From assembly GCA_964447415.1 (NCBI GenBank), contig CAYUSN010000001.1, forward strand, positions 33,735 to 97,734: a stretch of 64,000 nt of DNA, written 5' to 3'. Positions 16,992-25,839 of this stretch are shown here, one piece after another. Every line of letters begins with the position of its first letter. The first letter of the stretch is position 1. Position numbers and translations under genes: made by a program. The notes under the pieces were generated by a model. It was not told the origin of the DNA and searched no databases. It saw only the letters and a list, made by a program, of their open reading frames with translations. This DNA comes from an uncultured Candidatus Saccharibacteria bacterium (lineage in GTDB: Bacteria; Patescibacteriota; Minisyncoccia; Phycocordibacterales; EsbW-18).

Positions 16992-17378
16992 TCATTTTTG
17001 AAACCGTTTTTTGTCCAGAAACCGCTGTAGAATCACCGCGGCCGCCGACGCATCAATCATATCGTTTGTTCCTGTGAAACGCGACGCCTCCTGTGATGAG
17101 AGCCACTCCTGCTCGAAAATTACCGGCACATTGGCGGCGGCTTCCAGTTCTTTTTTGAACACCTGAATGCGTTCCATTATCGGATTATCGCCACCCTGCA
17201 GATTTGAAGAATACCCGAGCACGATGATGCTGGCGTTTTCTTTCCGCGCGAACGCCGCAATATCGTCTGCAAGCGTTTTTTTGCTCGGAAACACCGCATG
17301 CGGAAACGCAAGTGTTTCGCTTTGATCCGACAGCGCAATACCGACCCGTTTTTCTCCGTAATCAATCCCGAGAATCAT
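16992..17378 (-). CDS. ruvX: putative pre-16S rRNA nuclease / Holliday-junction-resolvase-like YqgF (RuvX)
   Basis: 'MILGIDYGEKRVGIALSD' YqgF N-terminal motif; 128 aa. Confidence 0.8.
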   Translation of the reverse strand: MILGIDYGEKRVGIALSDQSETLAFPHAVFPSKKTLADDIAAFARKENASIIVLGYSSNLQGGDNPIMERIQVFKKELEAAANVPVIFEQEWLSSQEASRFTGTNDMIDASAAAVILQRFLDKKRFQK

Positions 17379-17390
17379 GCAGTGCGCAGG

Positions 17391-17687
17391 TTATGTGTTC
17401 GGTGTGTTCGGTGTCTGCGGGGTGTTTTTCATCATGCTTCCGACTTTTTTCGGAAACAATGTGTCAAAATGAAGTTTTGCAAATCCGAACAAATACACAA
17501 TCTCAAGAATACCGACGGTGTTGATTACCAACAGTGCGATAAACCACCACCCCTGCTCCCGTCGTGATGAGTGCCACAGTGCTAGCCCCTTCCATACGAG
17601 AGACCAAAGCATGAGGATAATAAAAAACGGTGATGCCCACGGCACCCCACCGCCCCATCCGAGTCCCATTGCACTTCCAAAGTCCAT
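17391..17687 (-). CDS. small membrane protein, hypothetical
   Basis: 98 aa with 2-3 TM segments and a C-terminal PNT repeat. Confidence 0.4.
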   Translation of the reverse strand: MDFGSAMGLGWGGGVPWASPFFIILMLWSLVWKGLALWHSSRREQGWWFIALLVINTVGILEIVYLFGFAKLHFDTLFPKKVGSMMKNTPQTPNTPNT

Positions 17688-17722
17688 ATAAATGTATGTT
17701 ATGTTGCGAGTAATACTGCCGG

Positions 17723-17794
17723 TGCTCTCGAGAGGAATCGAACCTCTATTACAAGCTCCGCAAGCTTGCGTCCTATCCGTTGAACGACGAGAGC
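17723..17794 (-). tRNA. tRNA-Arg (anticodon GCG)
   Basis: Reverse complement GCTCTCG..AACGGATAG..CAAGC-TTGCGGA-GCTTG..AGAGGTTCGATTCCTCT-CGAGAGC-A; a GCG anticodon is unusual (the usual bacterial one is ACG). Confidence 0.7.
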
Positions 17795-17828
17795 GCGTCG
17801 CTACTGTATCAGAAAAAGAGATGCGGTT

Positions 17829-18287
17829 CTAGAACCCGAAAAGTTCAAGAAGTTTGTCGGAAAACGTTTCGTGTACCTCCGCCTCTTCAAGATACCGCGA
17901 GAGTGTTTCACGAACATCATCAGCATCAATCCCGTCGAGAAGAATCACGATATGCGGCATGGCAACTTTTCGCGACGTAAGCACAAGGCGGTTCGGAAAC
18001 AGATGCTCCTGCACCCAAAATGACTGGAGTGTTGCGTACGGAAAGAGTGTGGTATCGATTGCAATGCCGCGGTCTGTGATATCACACCTGACCATTTTCG
18101 GATGACGGAGCGCGTGCAAACCAAGCGCAACCGCGCCGATTGCAATTACAAGTCCGAACAGCAGATTACCAAACAAGATGGCCACCACTACCCCGCCGAC
18201 GGCGATAATACCGAGCCCCCAGAACCAGTCTGAGCTCCGCGGCGTATGCTCATATTCAAGCGCCTCCCACGACAAGTGCGTCTGCAT
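17829..18287 (-). CDS. membrane protein, hypothetical (start corrected to MQTHLSWEAL)
   Basis: The tracked 274-aa ORF runs antisense through two tRNA-type genes; downstream of ATG 18287 there are two TM helices plus a soluble domain. Confidence 0.45.
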   Translation of the reverse strand: MQTHLSWEALEYEHTPRSSDWFWGLGIIAVGGVVVAILFGNLLFGLVIAIGAVALGLHALRHPKMVRCDITDRGIAIDTTLFPYATLQSFWVQEHLFPNRLVLTSRKVAMPHIVILLDGIDADDVRETLSRYLEEAEVHETFSDKLLELFGF

Positions 18288-18353
18288 ATATATGTAAGCG
18301 TACCATGTTTGCGTGTTGCTCAAAGAGCGCTTTGTTAGTATCTTCTTGGTACT

Positions 18354-18441
18354 GGTAGGGTGGCGGAGTGGAGAAAAGCCGAACTGCTTCGGGTTTTGTC
18401 CGAAGTGAAGCGAGGTGGGAGACCACGGAGCCGCCCTACTA
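18354..18441 (+). ncRNA. tRNA-like element; its first 18 nt are identical to the adjacent tRNA-Ser but it is not a canonical cloverleaf (pseudo-tRNA or small structured RNA?)
   Basis: GGTAGGGTGGCGGAGTGG..., an 11-bp closing helix with the 3' end ...CCGCCCTACT-A, internal hairpins CTTCGG-GTTTTGT-CCGAAG and GTGG-GAGA-CCAC; no T-loop TTCGA and no D-stem. Confidence 0.3.
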
Positions 18442-18465
18442 GAAAACGGTCCGAGGTATATCGTT

Positions 18466-18552
18466 GGTAGGGTGGCGGAGTGGTCTAACGCACCTGTCTT
18501 GAAAACAGGAGTCCCTTCACGGGGACCGTGAGTTCGAATCTCACCCCTACCG
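18466..18552 (+). tRNA. tRNA-Ser (anticodon TGA), type II
   Basis: Acceptor GGTAGGG/CCCTACC+G; anticodon CCTGT-CTTGAAA-ACAGG; long variable arm; T-loop TTCGAAT. Confidence 0.8.
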
Positions 18553-18612
18553 CATAAATGAAGTACGACCGCCACATCGTGGCGGTCGTTGTGACATCCT
18601 GGAGGACACCAC

Positions 18613-18948
18613 CTAGCGGTCGGGCTTGGAGAGCACCTTCTGAAGCCCCGCAACCATCTGCTTGACCTTGGGGTCCTTCCGCCCCGATGGTTTGCGGCCG
18701 AGAACTTCGTTCTTGCTCAGCCGCCTGATGACATCGAACTTGTCCCCAAACACCGTGAACTGTAGCCGCGCATCCTTCTCCTGAGATCGGAGCGCGTACT
18801 GAGCTTCCACGAGTGTCACCTCGTAGCCGTCACGCGGCACACCGTCGCTGCACGGAAGGTTGTTCTTGATCGCCTCGTCAGTCCGACCCATACCAAGCCG
18901 CTCGTTTGTATATGCGTCGTGCGGCGCCACATAGTATCGAGTCATCAC
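18613..18948 (-). CDS. hypothetical protein
   Basis: 111-aa GC-rich ORF between the tRNAs and rpsT; no motif recognised. Confidence 0.3.
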   Translation of the reverse strand: MMTRYYVAPHDAYTNERLGMGRTDEAIKNNLPCSDGVPRDGYEVTLVEAQYALRSQEKDARLQFTVFGDKFDVIRRLSKNEVLGRKPSGRKDPKVKQMVAGLQKVLSKPDR

Positions 18949-19017
18949 TGCCTCCTTTCTGTCTGGCGAGACGATACCACCGGCATACGAAAAACGCCAG
19001 CCGTTTCTGACTGGTGT

Positions 19018-19284
19018 TTATTTTTCTGATTTTTTGAGAAGCGCCGAGAGGCGTGACTTCTTTCGTGCGGCGGTGTTTTTCTTGATGACACCGCGCTTCG
19101 CCGCTTTATCGATTGCTTTATAGGCGGCCGCGAGTTTTGTCTTTGCTTCTTTTGCTTTGCCGTCGGCAACCAAATCGCGAATCTCTTTTACCACGTCTTT
19201 CATGGCACGCGCGCGGCGCACATTAAACACCCGCTTGCGGGCGCTGTTTCGCATTGCTTTTTTTGCCTGTTGCAGTATCGGCAT
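19018..19284 (-). CDS. rpsT: 30S ribosomal protein S20
   Basis: 88 aa; 'AKKAMRNSARKRVFNVRRARAMKD...' plus the C-terminal 'KNTAARKKSRL' S20 pattern. Confidence 0.85.
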   Translation of the reverse strand: MPILQQAKKAMRNSARKRVFNVRRARAMKDVVKEIRDLVADGKAKEAKTKLAAAYKAIDKAAKRGVIKKNTAARKKSRLSALLKKSEK

Positions 19285-19339
19285 AACGCAGAAAGAATAC
19301 CAGAATGAACCTTTACGTCAAGTTATGTATACTGAAGGC

Positions 19340-19909
19340 ATGATTTCCCACATCAAGGGCACCGTGCTCCACACCGAACCGGGGAGTGTCATTGTTGACG
19401 TCGGCGGCGTCGGCTATACCGTGCACGTGGCACGTGATACGGCTTCAAAAATAAAAATCGGCGGCACTGCGCTTTTCTGGACACATATGGCGGTACGCGA
19501 AACGGCAATGGAGCTGTTCGGGTTTTCCGACCGTGATGAACTCGCCTTCTTTGAAATGCTCCTGGGTGTTCCCGGTATCGGTCCCCGCTCAGCGCTTGCG
19601 GTCTTGTCGCTTGCAAAACCCGAGACGCTCAAAAAGGCGATTGCGGAGGAAAATATCACCTACCTCACCAAAGTATCCGGCATCGGCAAGAAAACCGCCG
19701 AACGAATTATCGTGACGCTCAAAGACAAGTTCACAAAAGACGGCGGAATCGCCGGCGAGTTAGGCGACGACGCCGACGTGGTTGAAGTGCTTGTTTCACT
19801 CGGCTACTCGCAGACACAGGCGCGCGATGCGGTGAAAAAAATTGATGAAACAAAAGTCGGGGCCTCCGAGCGCGTTAAAGACGCGCTCAAAATCCTCGGC
19901 GGCAGATAA
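19340..19909 (+). CDS. ruvA: Holliday junction DNA helicase subunit RuvA
   Basis: 'MISHIKGTV...VDVGGVGYTVHV', HhH 'LLGVPGIGPRSALAVL', 'VSGIGKKTAERII'; the tracked ORF starts earlier but that part overlaps rpsT. Confidence 0.85.
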   Translation: MISHIKGTVLHTEPGSVIVDVGGVGYTVHVARDTASKIKIGGTALFWTHMAVRETAMELFGFSDRDELAFFEMLLGVPGIGPRSALAVLSLAKPETLKKAIAEENITYLTKVSGIGKKTAERIIVTLKDKFTKDGGIAGELGDDADVVEVLVSLGYSQTQARDAVKKIDETKVGASERVKDALKILGGR

Positions 19910-19911
19910 CT

Positions 19912-21201
19912 ATGCTCAACACAATCCTGCGGACGATCGAACGGTTCATACCGAAACGGCTCTACAAGTGGGGTCAGCCGATTTACCACTGGAAACTGTC
20001 ACTTTTGGGAGCCCTTGTGTACCGCTTCCCTTCCCGCACATTCAAGATAGTTGCCGTCACCGGCACGAAGGGAAAATCCTCTACCGTTGAGTTCATCAAT
20101 GCAATTTTGGAAGAAGCGGGACTCGCCACCGCGGTGTTAAGCACGATTCATTTCAAAATAGGCGAGACGGACGAACGTAATCTCTACAAGATGACCATCC
20201 CCGGACGCTTTTTCGTACAGCGCTTTTTGCGGCGCGCGGTGAATGCGCAGTGCGACTGGGCAATTCTTGAGATGACGTCGGAGGGCGCAAAGCAGTTCCG
20301 CCACAAATGGATTGATTTTGACGCGCTCGTGTTTACCAACCTCGCACCCGAGCATATCGAGTCACACGGTTCATATGAAAAATACCGCGACGCAAAACTC
20401 TCCATTGCGCGGCAACTTGCGAAATCGCACAAACCGGCAACGGTGATTGTGGCAAACGCCGATGACCCCGAAGGTAAACTGTTTTTGGATATCGGCACCT
20501 CCTATGCGCTCCCCTTCTCTCTTTCAGACGCGCACGTGCTGCGCATAGGAAAAACATCCTCAACATTTTCATACAAAGGTGTACCGTTTACCGTTCCGCT
20601 CGCCGGAGAATTTAACGTCTACAATGCGCTCGCTGCCGTCGTATTTGCGGAGAGTCAGAACATTCCGCTTGAAACCTGCGCACGGGGTATTGCAAAGCTC
20701 AAAAAAATCCGCGGACGCGCGGAGTTTATCGAAAACAATCTCGGTATTGATATCGTTGTTGACTACGCACACACACCCGACTCTCTCGAGGCACTCTACA
20801 AAGCGTTTTCCGATTCAAAAAATATCTGCGTGTTGGGCAACACCGGCGGAGGACGCGACGTATGGAAGCGTCCGAATATGGCGGCAATCGCGGAGAAGCA
20901 CTGTGCGCACATGATTCTCACCAATGAAGATCCGTACGACGAGGACCCGCACAAAATCATCGACGAAATGGCGGCGGGCGTGAAAGACAAAAATAAACTT
21001 CACATCATTTTGGACCGCCGGGAAGCGATCGCCGAAGCGCTCAAGAGCGCGCCGTATCTGCAGAAGGAACACCCGAAACACCGTGTTGCAGTGCTCATTA
21101 CCGGCAAAGGCACCGACCCCTACATCATGGGGCCGCGTGGCACCAAATTGCCGTGGGATGATGCGACGGTTGTGCGGGAGGAGCTAAAGAAACTACAATA
21201 A
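19912..21201 (+). CDS. Mur ligase family protein, MurE-like (short N-terminal domain)
   Basis: 'KIVAVTGTKGKSST' P-loop, 'DYAHTPDSLEAL' MurE-type motif, C-terminal 'ITGKGTDPY'; 429 aa. Confidence 0.6.
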   Translation: MLNTILRTIERFIPKRLYKWGQPIYHWKLSLLGALVYRFPSRTFKIVAVTGTKGKSSTVEFINAILEEAGLATAVLSTIHFKIGETDERNLYKMTIPGRFFVQRFLRRAVNAQCDWAILEMTSEGAKQFRHKWIDFDALVFTNLAPEHIESHGSYEKYRDAKLSIARQLAKSHKPATVIVANADDPEGKLFLDIGTSYALPFSLSDAHVLRIGKTSSTFSYKGVPFTVPLAGEFNVYNALAAVVFAESQNIPLETCARGIAKLKKIRGRAEFIENNLGIDIVVDYAHTPDSLEALYKAFSDSKNICVLGNTGGGRDVWKRPNMAAIAEKHCAHMILTNEDPYDEDPHKIIDEMAAGVKDKNKLHIILDRREAIAEALKSAPYLQKEHPKHRVAVLITGKGTDPYIMGPRGTKLPWDDATVVREELKKLQ

Positions 21202-21205
21202 AGAT

Positions 21206-21895
21206 ATGAAAGATTTGGTCAAAGTACTCTTCTTCGTCATTGCGGGCATTTTCTTCATTTCCTACGTGCAGGATGCGGGCATCGGTTCAATCGGATTTTC
21301 CGGCAACAGCACGTCGTTCTCCGCCGGCAATACATCCTACACACGGTCATACGACACGAATGATGACGGTGTTGTTTCTGATTGGGAATACCGGCAAGGA
21401 GAAAAGGATCGCATTGAGGACGAGCTCAAGCGTCTGCGCCGTGATCTGGCACGCACACTGTCCGACACACACGAATCTCCGTATGCGGATTTTGTAACGC
21501 TCTCCCGTGGAAACACCGACGCGCGCAATCCGGACAAAGAATACGTTGAAATTGCGGCAAACTACTCAAACAAGGATTCCGTCATAATCTCGGAGTGGAC
21601 GCTCCAAAGCCTTGCTTCGGGAAAAACGGCAACGATACACAAAGGCATTCCCCCTGCCCGCGAAGGACTCTCGCCGACCAACGAATATACAATTAAACTC
21701 ATCGCGGGGAAAAAGCTTTTCGTCATCTCCGGAGACCAGCGCTCACGGACATCATTCGTTGAAGATACGAGCGCATGGGCCGACAAAGAATGGATTGCCG
21801 AGTTGCGTGAGGACGATGATTTGTGGGACGACGAACACGACGCCGTCGTGTTGTTTGACGCAAACGGACTCGTTGTGGACTACATAAGCTATTAG
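21206..21895 (+). CDS. membrane-anchored hypothetical protein
   Basis: N-terminal TM (VLFFVIAGIFFISYV) followed by a soluble domain. Confidence 0.4.
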   Translation: MKDLVKVLFFVIAGIFFISYVQDAGIGSIGFSGNSTSFSAGNTSYTRSYDTNDDGVVSDWEYRQGEKDRIEDELKRLRRDLARTLSDTHESPYADFVTLSRGNTDARNPDKEYVEIAANYSNKDSVIISEWTLQSLASGKTATIHKGIPPAREGLSPTNEYTIKLIAGKKLFVISGDQRSRTSFVEDTSAWADKEWIAELREDDDLWDDEHDAVVLFDANGLVVDYISY

Positions 21896-22419
21896 GCACC
21901 GCCCGTAGAAAACAGGATGATACCTGCGGCAACGGAGACGTTGAGCGACTCTTTCTTTCCGTGCATGGGAATTTCAATCACCTCGTCGCACAGCTGAAGC
22001 ACCTCTTTTGAAAGTCCTTTTGTTTCTTCACCAAACACAAACACTGTCGGTTTTTGATACGAAAACATTTTGAAAGCTTTTGCACGCGCGTCCTGCTCTA
22101 CCGCCACCACACGCACGCCTTCTTTTTTCAGCGCCGCAATTGCCTCCTGTGTGGTCGGCACATGTTCCCATGCAACTGAATTTTGCGCACCAAGCGCGAC
22201 CTTCGCCAAATCTTTGCGGGCTCTGCCGAACCGGTCGACGGGCGCGGGCGTGACACCGCAGAGATAGAGTTTGGAAACACCGGCGGCGTCGCATGTTCGA
22301 AAAAGAGAACCGACGTTGTGAACGCTTCGAACGTTGTCGAGAATCACAAAGGTTTTTTTCATAAACGTATCGTCACGAGTTACTAGGGATTTTACTTCAC
22401 TTCGTTCATAAAATCCCAA
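21892..22419 (-). CDS. SpoU/TrmH-family RNA 2'-O-methyltransferase
   Basis: 'VILDNVRSVHNVGSLFRTCDAAGV' and the 'GEETKGLS...IPMHG...SLNVSVAAGIIL' SPOUT motifs; alternative start at MKKTF (22362). Confidence 0.75.
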   Translation of the reverse strand: MGFYERSEVKSLVTRDDTFMKKTFVILDNVRSVHNVGSLFRTCDAAGVSKLYLCGVTPAPVDRFGRARKDLAKVALGAQNSVAWEHVPTTQEAIAALKKEGVRVVAVEQDARAKAFKMFSYQKPTVFVFGEETKGLSKEVLQLCDEVIEIPMHGKKESLNVSVAAGIILFSTGGA

Positions 22420-22513
22420 GTACTCGCGACCCCGACTCGGCTCCCCCTGCGGTGGATGCCTCCGTCTCGGACAGCTAAAAATCAGTCCGCAGGGACTGAT
22501 TTTCTAAACGCTG

Positions 22514-22587
22514 TCCGCCCAGTAGGATTCGAACCTACGACCCTCTGCTTAAAAGGCAGGTGCTCTACCAGGCTGAGCTATGGGCGG
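22514..22587 (-). tRNA. tRNA-Lys (anticodon TTT)
   Basis: Reverse complement CCGCCCA-TA-GCTCAGCCTGGTAGAGC-A-CCTGC-CTTTTAA-GCAGA-GGGTC-GTAGGTTCGAATCCTAC-TGGGCGG-A; C1:G72 start. Confidence 0.75.
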
Positions 22588-22639
22588 GTAAACGAAAGCA
22601 TTCTACAACAAAAAACACCCTTGCTCAAAGATTTTTTAT

Positions 22640-23350
22640 CTAGAGCCCCAGCACAAAACGCTCCAGCGCAACATCCAAGGACGGCCCACCAGCACGTGCG
22701 TCGTGGTATATCGAGAGCAGTTTTTCTGTAAAATCGTTGAGCTCCTGTTCGGAAAAATGCGTGAGTGCGCCCTTTGCCTTCGTCACCGCAAACGGTTTTA
22801 TCCCTTTTGTATCGCCGCGCGCAACGCGCAACAGTGTTTTTATCTGCCACCACAACGTGCCGTGAATTTCTTCCGGTGCAAAATCGTCCCGCAAAGCGCG
22901 CTGGAGCGCAACCCATGCGCTTTTTTTGTCTCTGCGCGCAACGGCATCGGCAAGAGAAAAAATATTAAACGGTTTTTCACCCGTGTCTTTCTCGTCAAAC
23001 GAACGTGTTTCGTGCGCGTGTTTTTCAAACGCACGCTTTGTCGCCGCATCAGGTTTTTCTGAAAGCACAATAAAAACGTGTTCGGATGCAGTGATGTCTT
23101 TGATACGGTCAAGAAACAGTTCACGTACCGGTTCAAACCCCAGCACAAAATCCAGTACGACCACGTGTTTTTGTTCAAACAACCCCTGACTTTCAATAAG
23201 TTCCGGCAGGCGGGAAAGCGTCTCCCCTTCCTCAGACAGACGAAACACCTGTGCATCGGGGCGCTTCTTTGAAAGACCCGAAAGCATCTTGTGCGATTCG
23301 TCGCGAATTTTTTCCCGATCTGTTCCGTAAAGGACGTACAACATAATCAA
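22640..23350 (-). CDS. holA: DNA polymerase III delta subunit (HolA)
   Basis: 'MLYVLYGTDRE' N-terminus, the AAA-like lid, and the 'HGTLWWQIKTLLRVA' delta signature. Confidence 0.65.
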   Translation of the reverse strand: MIMLYVLYGTDREKIRDESHKMLSGLSKKRPDAQVFRLSEEGETLSRLPELIESQGLFEQKHVVVLDFVLGFEPVRELFLDRIKDITASEHVFIVLSEKPDAATKRAFEKHAHETRSFDEKDTGEKPFNIFSLADAVARRDKKSAWVALQRALRDDFAPEEIHGTLWWQIKTLLRVARGDTKGIKPFAVTKAKGALTHFSEQELNDFTEKLLSIYHDARAGGPSLDVALERFVLGL

Positions 23351-23406
23351 TGTAAATTCGAAATACGAATATCGAAATACGAAACAATATCTACATTCGA
23401 AATATT

Positions 23407-25839
23407 TTAAACATTCGGGTTTTGGTTATTCGGATTTGTTTCGAGTTTCGTTTTTCGTGCTTCGTGCTTAACAAACCCCTTCATTTCGCTCCACCGGCGG
23501 CCCACGGCTGCCTCGGCGACAATCGGCACACCGTCACGCATTTCATCCGGCATCGCCTTCTCCATAATCTCTTTAATTTTCGGCACCACGGAGAGCACCG
23601 CATCGTCGGCAATTTCATAGATAAGCTCATCGTGAATTTGCAGCACCAGACGCACCCGCTCGGACAGCCCCTTCTCAAGAATATATTTCTCCGCATCAAT
23701 CATCGCAATTTTAATGATGTCGGCGGACGTCCCCTGAATAGGCGCGTTCACCGCCTGGCGCTCCGCCTCGGCGCGAATAAACGGCAAAGATGAGCGCACA
23801 CCTGGAAGCTGCCGGCGGCGGCCGAACATCGTCTCAGTGTACCCCTTCGCACGCGCATCGGCTTTTGCCTTTGTAATGTACGCGGTGAGTCCGATGAATG
23901 TGTTTTCGTATTCCGCGAGATACTTCTGCGCATCGGCGCGCGGCATCTGCGCGGTGGAGGCAAGCGCATTGGCACCCATGCCGTAAATAATGCCGAAGTT
24001 GATGACCTTTGCAGTGCGGCGCATGGTGGCCGTCACTTCCTCCGGTTTAACGTCAAAAATTTCCGCAGCAACAGTTGTGTGAATGTCGCCGCCTTCGTGA
24101 AATGTTTTCACGAGCCGCTCATCGCGTGACAGAATCGCGGCGATGCGAAGCTCAATTTGCGAGTAATCCAGCGCGCACAGGGTAAAACCTTTCTGTGCGA
24201 CAAATGCACCGCGCACCGCGCGTCCCAGCTCCGTCTTGATGGGAATGTTCTGCAGATTCGGATTCTGTGACGAGAGACGGCCTGTCGCCGCACCCGTCTG
24301 CACGAACGTGGTATGCAAACGACCGTCAACACCGACGAGTTTCGGAAACGCATCAATGTAGGTGGAAAGGAGTTTTTGCAGTTCACGATACTGTAAAATT
24401 TCGGGAATAATCGGGTGTGCGTCGGCAAGCTTGGTGAGTTCGGATTCACGCGTGGAGCGCTGGCCGGTTGATGTTTTTTTACCGCCTTTCAGTCCCAGTT
24501 TTTCAAACAGCACGTCGCCCAACTGTTTCGGAGAGTTGATGTTAAATTCCCCGCCCGCACGTTTCCAGATTTTTTTCTCCAGCGCGGAAAGTTCTTTGTG
24601 ATAGTCACGCGAAAGCTCTTTGAGAAAGGCGGTATCAAGCGCCACGCCCGTCTCTTTCATCTTTGCGAGAATCGGCGAAAGCGGTTTTTCTATATTTTCA
24701 TACACATCCCACAACCCTTCTTCTTTGATACGCGTAAGTGCTTTTTCGCGCGCCGAGGAAAGCGAGAGTGTTTTGGTAAACGAGAGAATGTCCTCCTCCG
24801 ACGGCGTGGTGAGGTCCGAGTTCAAGAGCCAGACGGCAACCTTCAACTCCTCCATCTCTTCTTCCGAAAGCGCGGGGGACGCATCAGACGGCGTATCGGG
24901 AAACAGTTTCTCGGACATTTTGAACTGTCCCCGGACACGCGCGGACAGCGAACGGAATCCGAGCTCATCAAACAGCGTAAGTACTTTTTTCGGGTCAAAT
25001 GCCTCCTTCCACTCCACCCCAGGCACGGAGAACTCTATCGGTGCGTCACGGCGTATCGTGCCGAGCATTTTGCTAAACTGTGCCTCTTCTTTTCCCTCTT
25101 TAAGCATTTCAATGACACGTTTGGTGATGCCCGCCTTTTCAAATGCGCCTTCGTCTTTTGTAAGGCGTTTGTACATATCTTCGATGCTCCCGAATTCCGT
25201 AATCAGCGTTGTCGCGGTCTTCTCTCCGATTCCTTTGATGCCGGGGATGTTGTCGGAGGGATCGCCGCGCAAACCCTTATAGTCAGGCAGGAGCTCCGGT
25301 CCGAAACCATAGCGCTTTTGCACGTCTTCCTCGTTGTACAACACAGTATCCTGAATTCCTTTACGCAGCGTAAACACCTTTACGCGCTCATCGTCGACAA
25401 GCTGCAGTGTGTCCGTATCCCCTGATGCAATAACCACTTCTATTTCTTTCTTCCGTTTCAACAACTCAACGATCGTGCCGATAATATCGTCGGCCTCGAA
25501 TCCTTCTTTCTGATACATAGGAACGGCAAATGCCGAAAGAATATCCCTTGAGCGCTCAATTTGTGCGATAAGCTCGTCGTCGGCTTTCGCGCGCCCCGCT
25601 TTGTATCCGTCAAACGCATCGTGCCGGTACGTCGGCTTCGGCAAATCATACGCCGCAACAATGTAGTCCGGCTTCAGGTCGTTGATGAATTTCAGAAGCA
25701 TCGCAGAGAGTCCGTACAGCGCGCCCGTCGGCTCGCCCGTTGCGGATGTAAAGTCAGGCAATGCGTGGTACGCGCGGTGAATGATGGCGTGTGCGTCAAG
25801 CACAACGAGTCGTTTTTTCTTTGTGTCTTTTTTAGTCAT
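23407..25839 (-). CDS. polA: DNA polymerase I (5'-3' exonuclease + polymerase; apparently no 3'-5' exonuclease domain)
   Basis: Start taken at MTKKD; 'VLDAHAIIHRAYHALP' 5'-nuclease; 'DYSQIELRIAA', 'QIHDELIYE', 'RRTAKVINFGIIYG' Pol A motifs; ~25-aa C-terminal extension beyond the usual ...WxEAH-type end. Confidence 0.9.
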   Translation of the reverse strand: MTKKDTKKKRLVVLDAHAIIHRAYHALPDFTSATGEPTGALYGLSAMLLKFINDLKPDYIVAAYDLPKPTYRHDAFDGYKAGRAKADDELIAQIERSRDILSAFAVPMYQKEGFEADDIIGTIVELLKRKKEIEVVIASGDTDTLQLVDDERVKVFTLRKGIQDTVLYNEEDVQKRYGFGPELLPDYKGLRGDPSDNIPGIKGIGEKTATTLITEFGSIEDMYKRLTKDEGAFEKAGITKRVIEMLKEGKEEAQFSKMLGTIRRDAPIEFSVPGVEWKEAFDPKKVLTLFDELGFRSLSARVRGQFKMSEKLFPDTPSDASPALSEEEMEELKVAVWLLNSDLTTPSEEDILSFTKTLSLSSAREKALTRIKEEGLWDVYENIEKPLSPILAKMKETGVALDTAFLKELSRDYHKELSALEKKIWKRAGGEFNINSPKQLGDVLFEKLGLKGGKKTSTGQRSTRESELTKLADAHPIIPEILQYRELQKLLSTYIDAFPKLVGVDGRLHTTFVQTGAATGRLSSQNPNLQNIPIKTELGRAVRGAFVAQKGFTLCALDYSQIELRIAAILSRDERLVKTFHEGGDIHTTVAAEIFDVKPEEVTATMRRTAKVINFGIIYGMGANALASTAQMPRADAQKYLAEYENTFIGLTAYITKAKADARAKGYTETMFGRRRQLPGVRSSLPFIRAEAERQAVNAPIQGTSADIIKIAMIDAEKYILEKGLSERVRLVLQIHDELIYEIADDAVLSVVPKIKEIMEKAMPDEMRDGVPIVAEAAVGRRWSEMKGFVKHEARKTKLETNPNNQNPNV

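Noticed and set aside
18354-18441. tRNA-Sec (long 6-bp anticodon-like stem, extended acceptor).
   Set aside because: The loop reads GUUUUGU (no UCA anticodon), there is no D-arm, and CPR-type genomes lack selenocysteine machinery.
17829-18653. 274-aa ORF on the minus strand.
   Set aside because: Its upstream 120 codons run antisense across the tRNA-Ser gene and the tRNA-like element on the plus strand. Only the portion downstream of ATG 18287 (membrane protein) is kept.
19157-19339. N-terminal extension of the RuvA ORF (tracked start 19157).
   Set aside because: It overlaps rpsT on the opposite strand. The RuvA consensus N-terminus (MISHIKG) begins at 19340.
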